From Candidatus Saccharimonadota bacterium (GTDB lineage: Bacteria; Patescibacteriota; Gracilibacteria; BD1-5; UBA2023), in NCBI GenBank assembly GCA_963706795.1, contig OY970170.1, forward strand, positions 870,001 to 902,000: a stretch of DNA of 32,000 nucleotides, read 5' to 3'. This document shows, in pieces, positions 28,524-32,000 of this stretch. The position numbers were made by a program, and so were the translations under genes. Below the pieces are notes generated by a model, which did not search any database, was not told the DNA's origin, and saw nothing but the letters and a program-made list of their open reading frames with translations. Numbering within the stretch: position 1 is the stretch's first letter; every line of letters begins with the position of its first letter.

Positions 28524-29501
28524 ATGAAACATCAAGCCGTCCTCGATCAAATCGCACATCACTGGCAAGAAAGTCAGACGATTTTGCTGACTGGAGCCTC
28601 AAATCTCGATGGAGATGCGCTGGGGTGTTTGCTCGCACTCTATGATTTTGGTGTTGCACAGGGCAAAAAAATGATCATCGCAAATGAGAAGCCACTCTCG
28701 AGTTTGTACGGTTTTTTAGAAGTCGCTGATCGTGTAGTGATCAAGCTTCCAGAGCTTACATATGATCTCATTATCATCTGTGACACCGGATCATTCGAAA
28801 TGCTCGGATCCATCTATACTGACAACAAAGCTCTTTTTGAAGCGACAAAAAAGATCAATATCGACCATCATTCGTCATGTTATGGTGATGTGTGCTGGTC
28901 GACTTGTAGCTACGAAAATACTTCTGCTACCATGATGGTCGCAAATTTTATCGAATACACTGCCGGTGTCGAAGCCATTACCAAGGACATGGCGACATAC
29001 TTGCTTCTTGGGGTTTACTACGATACGGAGTGTTTTCGTAATGCAAATACGACGCCACATGGACTGAGGTTTGCTGCGCATATGCTCGAACTTTTTGCAG
29101 ATCATAATTGCCTCATCCGCAATCTCTATCAGAGCACAGATCCAAACTATATTGGACTCTATGGAGAGGTCCTTGCCTCGATCCAGATTATTTTGGATGG
29201 AAGGGGAGTCATCGGTCTCGCGACGCAGGATATGTTTAAGCGCCGAAATATCTCATGTGACTGTCTTGGGAACGAGCTCGTCAATGACTATCTGAGATCC
29301 GTTCGTGCAAAATTTGTGATCTTCCTCAAAGAAACTCCCGAGGGCGAGTATCGCATCTCCCTGAGATCCAAGGACGAAGCCTATGACATGCGGGCTCTTG
29401 CAGGTATCTTTGGAGGCGGTGGGCATGCTATGGCCAGCGGAGCATGTACCAAAAAACCACTCCCAGAAATCATCCAAACAATCGAAGCATTTTTTAAGTA
29501 G
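28524..29501 (+). CDS. nrnA: DHH/DHHA1 family phosphoesterase (NrnA-like oligoribonuclease/pAp phosphatase)
   Basis: Motifs NLDGDALGC, IICDTGS, NIDHH and GGGGHAMASG. Confidence 0.8.
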   Translation: MKHQAVLDQIAHHWQESQTILLTGASNLDGDALGCLLALYDFGVAQGKKMIIANEKPLSSLYGFLEVADRVVIKLPELTYDLIIICDTGSFEMLGSIYTDNKALFEATKKINIDHHSSCYGDVCWSTCSYENTSATMMVANFIEYTAGVEAITKDMATYLLLGVYYDTECFRNANTTPHGLRFAAHMLELFADHNCLIRNLYQSTDPNYIGLYGEVLASIQIILDGRGVIGLATQDMFKRRNISCDCLGNELVNDYLRSVRAKFVIFLKETPEGEYRISLRSKDEAYDMRALAGIFGGGGHAMASGACTKKPLPEIIQTIEAFFK

Positions 29502-29574
29502 TGCCATGCGATTACTGATACGCTTCCAGAATGAAAAAAACCGCTTGTTTTAGAAGAAGGTATCCAGAGAGCTA

Positions 29575-29611
29575 ATAAAAAAATCTCTACCAATTTGGTA
29601 GAGATTTTTTT
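29575..29611. terminator. Bidirectional terminator (nrnA-like gene / PhnA-like gene)
   Basis: A-run, then TCTCTACCA-ATT-TGGTAGAGA, then T-run. Confidence 0.7.
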
Positions 29612-29831
29612 ATTTCAGGGGCTTCTTTTTTAGGAAGCAGGTCTTGAGGACGAGAGTGGTTTTTCCATCTTTACATTCGATTGCTTCCTCATCTCAGGTG
29701 AGTCGGATGTTCTTAAATACGGTTCCAATTTTGAGAGTCGTATTAGAACCTTTTAATTTGAGATCCTTGATGAGCTGCACTGAGTCACCATCTTCGAGAA
29801 GAGCACCATTGCTGTCTACAGTTGTATTCAT
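29610..29831 (-). CDS. PhnA/YjdM C-terminal-domain protein, 73 aa
   Basis: Not in the ORF track because of the in-frame TGA at 29694-29696. Translation [45 protein letters not shown][G][27 protein letters not shown] matches the PhnA C-terminal domain pattern (DSNGN.L.DGDSV...KDLKVKG....LK.GT.V.NIRL). It has no N-terminal zinc ribbon. Confidence 0.65.
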
Positions 29832-29885
29832 AAGAGAGGAGATAGATATTGCATCTGATTGTGGTTAGATATATCACAAAAGCAA

Positions 29886-29926
29886 AATAAATCCCCCAAA
29901 GTCCATAGGACGAAGGGGGATTTATT
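29886..29926 (-). terminator. Intrinsic terminator of rplL
   Basis: 12-bp perfect stem AATAAATCCCCC / GGGGGATTTATT with a 17-nt loop. The minus-strand tail is TTTGCTTTTG. Confidence 0.6.
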
Positions 29927-29942
29927 ATTTGGTGAATCCCAA

Positions 29943-30323
29943 TTACTTGAGTTCAACAGTTGCACCCTGCTCAGTGAGCTGTGCAGCGAGCTTTTCTCCA
30001 TCAGCGCGAGAAACATTTTCCTTGATGTTTCCTCCGTTGTCTGCGAGAGCCTTAGCTTCAGCAAGACCGAGACCAGTAATTTCGCGAATAACCTTGATTA
30101 CAGCGATCTTAGCTCCTCCTGCGCTTGTCATAACAACATTAACAGTTGTCTTCTCTTCGTCAGCGGCTGCTGCTCCGGCTCCTGCTGCTGCTACTGGAGC
30201 TGCTGCAGAAACTCCGAATTTCTCTTCCATTGCTGAAACGAGATCTGCGAGTTCAACGATTGTGAGGGTCTCAACGAGATCCATGATCTTCTGCGCGTTT
30301 GCGCTGAGTGTAACTTCTGACAT
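29943..30323 (-). CDS. rplL: 50S ribosomal protein L7/L12
   Basis: MSEVTLSANAQKIMDLVETLTIVELADLVSAMEEKFGV, an Ala-rich hinge, then the C-terminal domain KIAVIKVIREITGLGLAEAKALAD. The track uses an upstream TTG (30329). Confidence 0.9.
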   Translation of the reverse strand: MSEVTLSANAQKIMDLVETLTIVELADLVSAMEEKFGVSAAAPVAAAGAGAAAADEEKTTVNVVMTSAGGAKIAVIKVIREITGLGLAEAKALADNGGNIKENVSRADGEKLAAQLTEQGATVELK

Positions 30324-30402
30324 AGACAAAAAGTGAAATAAGTAACGATTTGGCGAGGAATCTCCTCGTCAGAGCCTTCCCGAAGGAAAACTCTAGACGA
30401 AA

Positions 30403-31089
30403 TTATTCAGCAGCGGGAGCTTCAACTGGAGCTTCTGCAGGAGTTTCAGCTACAGCTTCTGGAGCTGGTGCCTCTGCTTCTACGGCTGGAGTTTCGGCAA
30501 CTACTTCGGCTACTGGAGCTGGAGTAGGAGCGGCAACTGGTGCAGCTGCCATGGCCTTTGTGAGGTCACCAACAGTCGTACCACCCTTTGTTCCGATATC
30601 AGTCTTTGCAGCATCGAAGAATCGTGCAAGTGCAGAGAGAGGAGACATCATAGAACCGAGGAGCTTCGCGAGGAGAACTTCACGTGAAGGAAGACTTGCG
30701 AGCTTGGTAGTTTCTTCAGCCCCGAGAACGCGACCGTCGATGTAACCACCCGAGAACTTAATCTTCTGTTCCTTTGCGAATTCCTTTGCGTATCGTCCAA
30801 CTACACCGAGTGGAGCGATCTTGTCTTCTTTACAGATGAGAGTCGCAACCTGACCTGGAAGTGAATCAATGTCGAGATCGATATTGAAAACATTCTTGAA
30901 TGCAATGCGAACGAGAGTCTTCTTTGCAATCATGTATGTTCCACCGAGTGCGCGGATTTCGTTCTTCATCTTAGAAACTTCGAGAACCGTGAGTTTCTGG
31001 TTTGTAGTGAAAGCAACGCTCTGTGCGTCCTTGAAGTGACCTTCGAGAACTGCGAGAATCGCAACTTTCTGAGCTTTTGATACAGCCAT
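30403..31089 (-). CDS. rplJ: 50S ribosomal protein L10 with about 50-aa Ala/Pro/Glu-rich C-terminal extension
   Basis: 228 aa. The N-terminal 170 aa resemble L10 (AVSKAQKVAILAVLEGHFKDAQSVAFT...LVRIAFKN), and it lies directly upstream of rplL. The tail is AAAPVAAPTPAPVAEVVAETPAVEAEAPAPEAVAETPAEAPVEAPAAE. Confidence 0.85.
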   Translation of the reverse strand: MAVSKAQKVAILAVLEGHFKDAQSVAFTTNQKLTVLEVSKMKNEIRALGGTYMIAKKTLVRIAFKNVFNIDLDIDSLPGQVATLICKEDKIAPLGVVGRYAKEFAKEQKIKFSGGYIDGRVLGAEETTKLASLPSREVLLAKLLGSMMSPLSALARFFDAAKTDIGTKGGTTVGDLTKAMAAAPVAAPTPAPVAEVVAETPAVEAEAPAPEAVAETPAEAPVEAPAAE

Positions 31090-31247
31090 GAAATGGATAT
31101 TAGATATTGGATCCTTCGGTCAGTCAGAACAAAAAAATTCGTGACATCGCACGAACAAGAAATCCCATACTGGGAAAATTCAATAGAATTGCTCTTGTCT
31201 CGGGAGGGCTTACGGATGCCTCCTGTCTGCGACTGACTTAGAAAGTC
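31090..31247 (-). promoter_or_regulatory. rplJ 5' leader, candidate L10-leader autoregulatory RNA with internal attenuator hairpin
   Basis: Minus-strand promoter TTGACT (rc of 31276-31281)-15-TATACT (rc of 31255-31260). The leader contains long-range pairing GUCAGUC/GACUGAC and the hairpin GGAGG-CAUCCGUAAGC-CCUCC. UUCGUG-CGAUGU-CACGAA followed by U7 (31131-31155) lies about 45 nt before the ATG. Confidence 0.45.
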
Positions 31248-31273
31248 GGGGATTAGTATAGAGAAATATTTAT

Positions 31274-31292
31274 GAAGTCAAATTTTGACTTC
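31274..31292. promoter_or_regulatory. 9-1-9 perfect palindrome GAAGTCAAA-T-TTTGACTTC providing back-to-back TTGACT -35 boxes
   Basis: TTGACT on the plus strand (31285-31290) faces gene 31345. TTGACT on the minus strand (31276-31281) faces rplJ. Confidence 0.45.
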
Positions 31293-31344
31293 TAGCCAGC
31301 TTGGGCGATACTTATGACGTGCTTTTAACCAAAGGGAGGATAGC

Positions 31345-31743
31345 ATGGAACAATGGAATATAGGAATTGTTTTCACTGTAGTACTCTGTTTCGGATTGAT
31401 CGTTGCAGCCTTGTTTCTGAATAAGGCAAAAATAACATTTATCTACCGGCCTGGTGCAAATTTTTTACCAAGCTTTAAGACCTCTCCATCTGCTGATGTC
31501 GTTGTTCAGATATATTCTTATGAAATATCTCAGCTTCAGGAAGCGATGGAAAAACAGAATAAAGATGTTTTTTCTGTTGAAATGTTGGTTCAAAAATGTG
31601 GCATGACGGAGCTCTTTGCACGTCACTTTATTCAGAAGCTATTAGATACTGGCATGCTTCGTTGTGATGCCACTTCTGATGGCAAAAATACGATGTATTC
31701 ATTCGTGATGTCTGATTTTCAGTCGCTACGGATTGCAGCCTAA
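31345..31743 (+). CDS. Hypothetical protein, 132 aa: N-terminal TM plus possible winged-helix-like C-terminal region
   Basis: SD AAAGGGAGGA; TM IGIVFTVVLCFGLIVAALFL; C-terminal segment FSVEMLVQKCGMTELFARHFIQKLLDTGML. TAA stop; no internal TGA. Confidence 0.5.
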   Translation: MEQWNIGIVFTVVLCFGLIVAALFLNKAKITFIYRPGANFLPSFKTSPSADVVVQIYSYEISQLQEAMEKQNKDVFSVEMLVQKCGMTELFARHFIQKLLDTGMLRCDATSDGKNTMYSFVMSDFQSLRIAA

Positions 31744-31755
31744 AAGGAGGGAATT

Positions 31756-31786
31756 AAAAAAGTCGTATTTCGGTACGGCTTTTTTA
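31756..31786 (+). terminator. Intrinsic terminator of 31345..31743
   Basis: AAAAA-AGTCGTA-TTTCGG-TACGGCT-TTTTT, with one G-U pair. Confidence 0.55.
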
Positions 31787-31897
31787 ATTGCTTATAGACA
31801 AGCGTAGAGGATTCTGTTTGACTTTTTGCATATCATGATCATATTGTCGGGGTTGTATCATACGACATCAAACAAACATCAACTCAAGGAGAATTAC

Positions 31898-32000
31898 ATG
31901 AATCAATTCATCGCTTTTCTCGTAAATATCTGGTTGGAACAAAAGATAGCACTCAGCTGTCTCGGAATCTCTGTGGTATTTGTCACAGCATGTGTCGCAT
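31898..32000 (+). CDS. Hypothetical protein, N-terminal fragment (runs off window)
   Basis: ATG 31898 preceded by CAAGGAGAATTAC (SD) and an upstream TTGACT box. Translation begins MNQFIAFLVNIWLEQKIALSCLGISVVFVTACVA (hydrophobic). Confidence 0.4.
   Translation, partial: MNQFIAFLVNIWLEQKIALSCLGISVVFVTACVA

Noticed and set aside
29929-30745. Plus-strand ORFs of 135 and 131 aa, rich in Ala, Ser and Thr.
   Set aside because: They are antisense shadows of rplL and rplJ, created by the GC-rich Ala/Pro/Glu-coding repeats.
1-32000. Search for CRISPR arrays, tRNA or rRNA genes, transposases, integrases or phage structural genes.
   Set aside because: I saw no spaced direct-repeat array, no T-loop (GGTTCGAATCC-type) context outside coding sequence, and no recognisable recombinase or capsid motifs. 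A mobile origin for the cassettes is inferred only from code, SD and codon signatures and from the inverted repeats.

Overview
This looks like a chromosomal segment from an uncultivated CPR/Patescibacteria-type bacterium that reads UGA as glycine (translation table 25, Gracilibacteria/Absconditabacteria-like). Reading TGA as Gly joins the fragmented six-frame ORFs into about 28 contiguous, mostly housekeeping genes: two ABC exporters, pepF, dnaX, an AI-2E-type permease, an MFS transporter, radA, a class II photolyase, secE-nusG, greA, rlmN, ftsA, tsaD, a DsbA-like oxidoreductase, rlmE, a DHH phosphoesterase and rplJ-rplL. I counted 38 in-frame TGA codons in 14 of these genes. Those I could place against family motifs fall on conserved Gly positions. 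Eight small cassettes lie between the core genes. Each has a Shine-Dalgarno site and no internal TGA, and most have a recognisable promoter and hairpin terminator of their own. They include a proteobacterial-type thyA that ends on TGA and is bracketed by inverted 29-30 nt hairpin repeats, a second orphan gene ending on TGA plus a terminator, a tandem pair of divergent paralogues of unknown function, and two orphans behind a duplicated promoter. At the left edge, a CsoR-type repressor sits beside a 27-aa (CxC)4 peptide that has a palindromic operator. I found no rRNA, tRNA, CRISPR array, transposase or integrase. All coordinates and translations were worked out by hand from the sequence, and no database search was possible.
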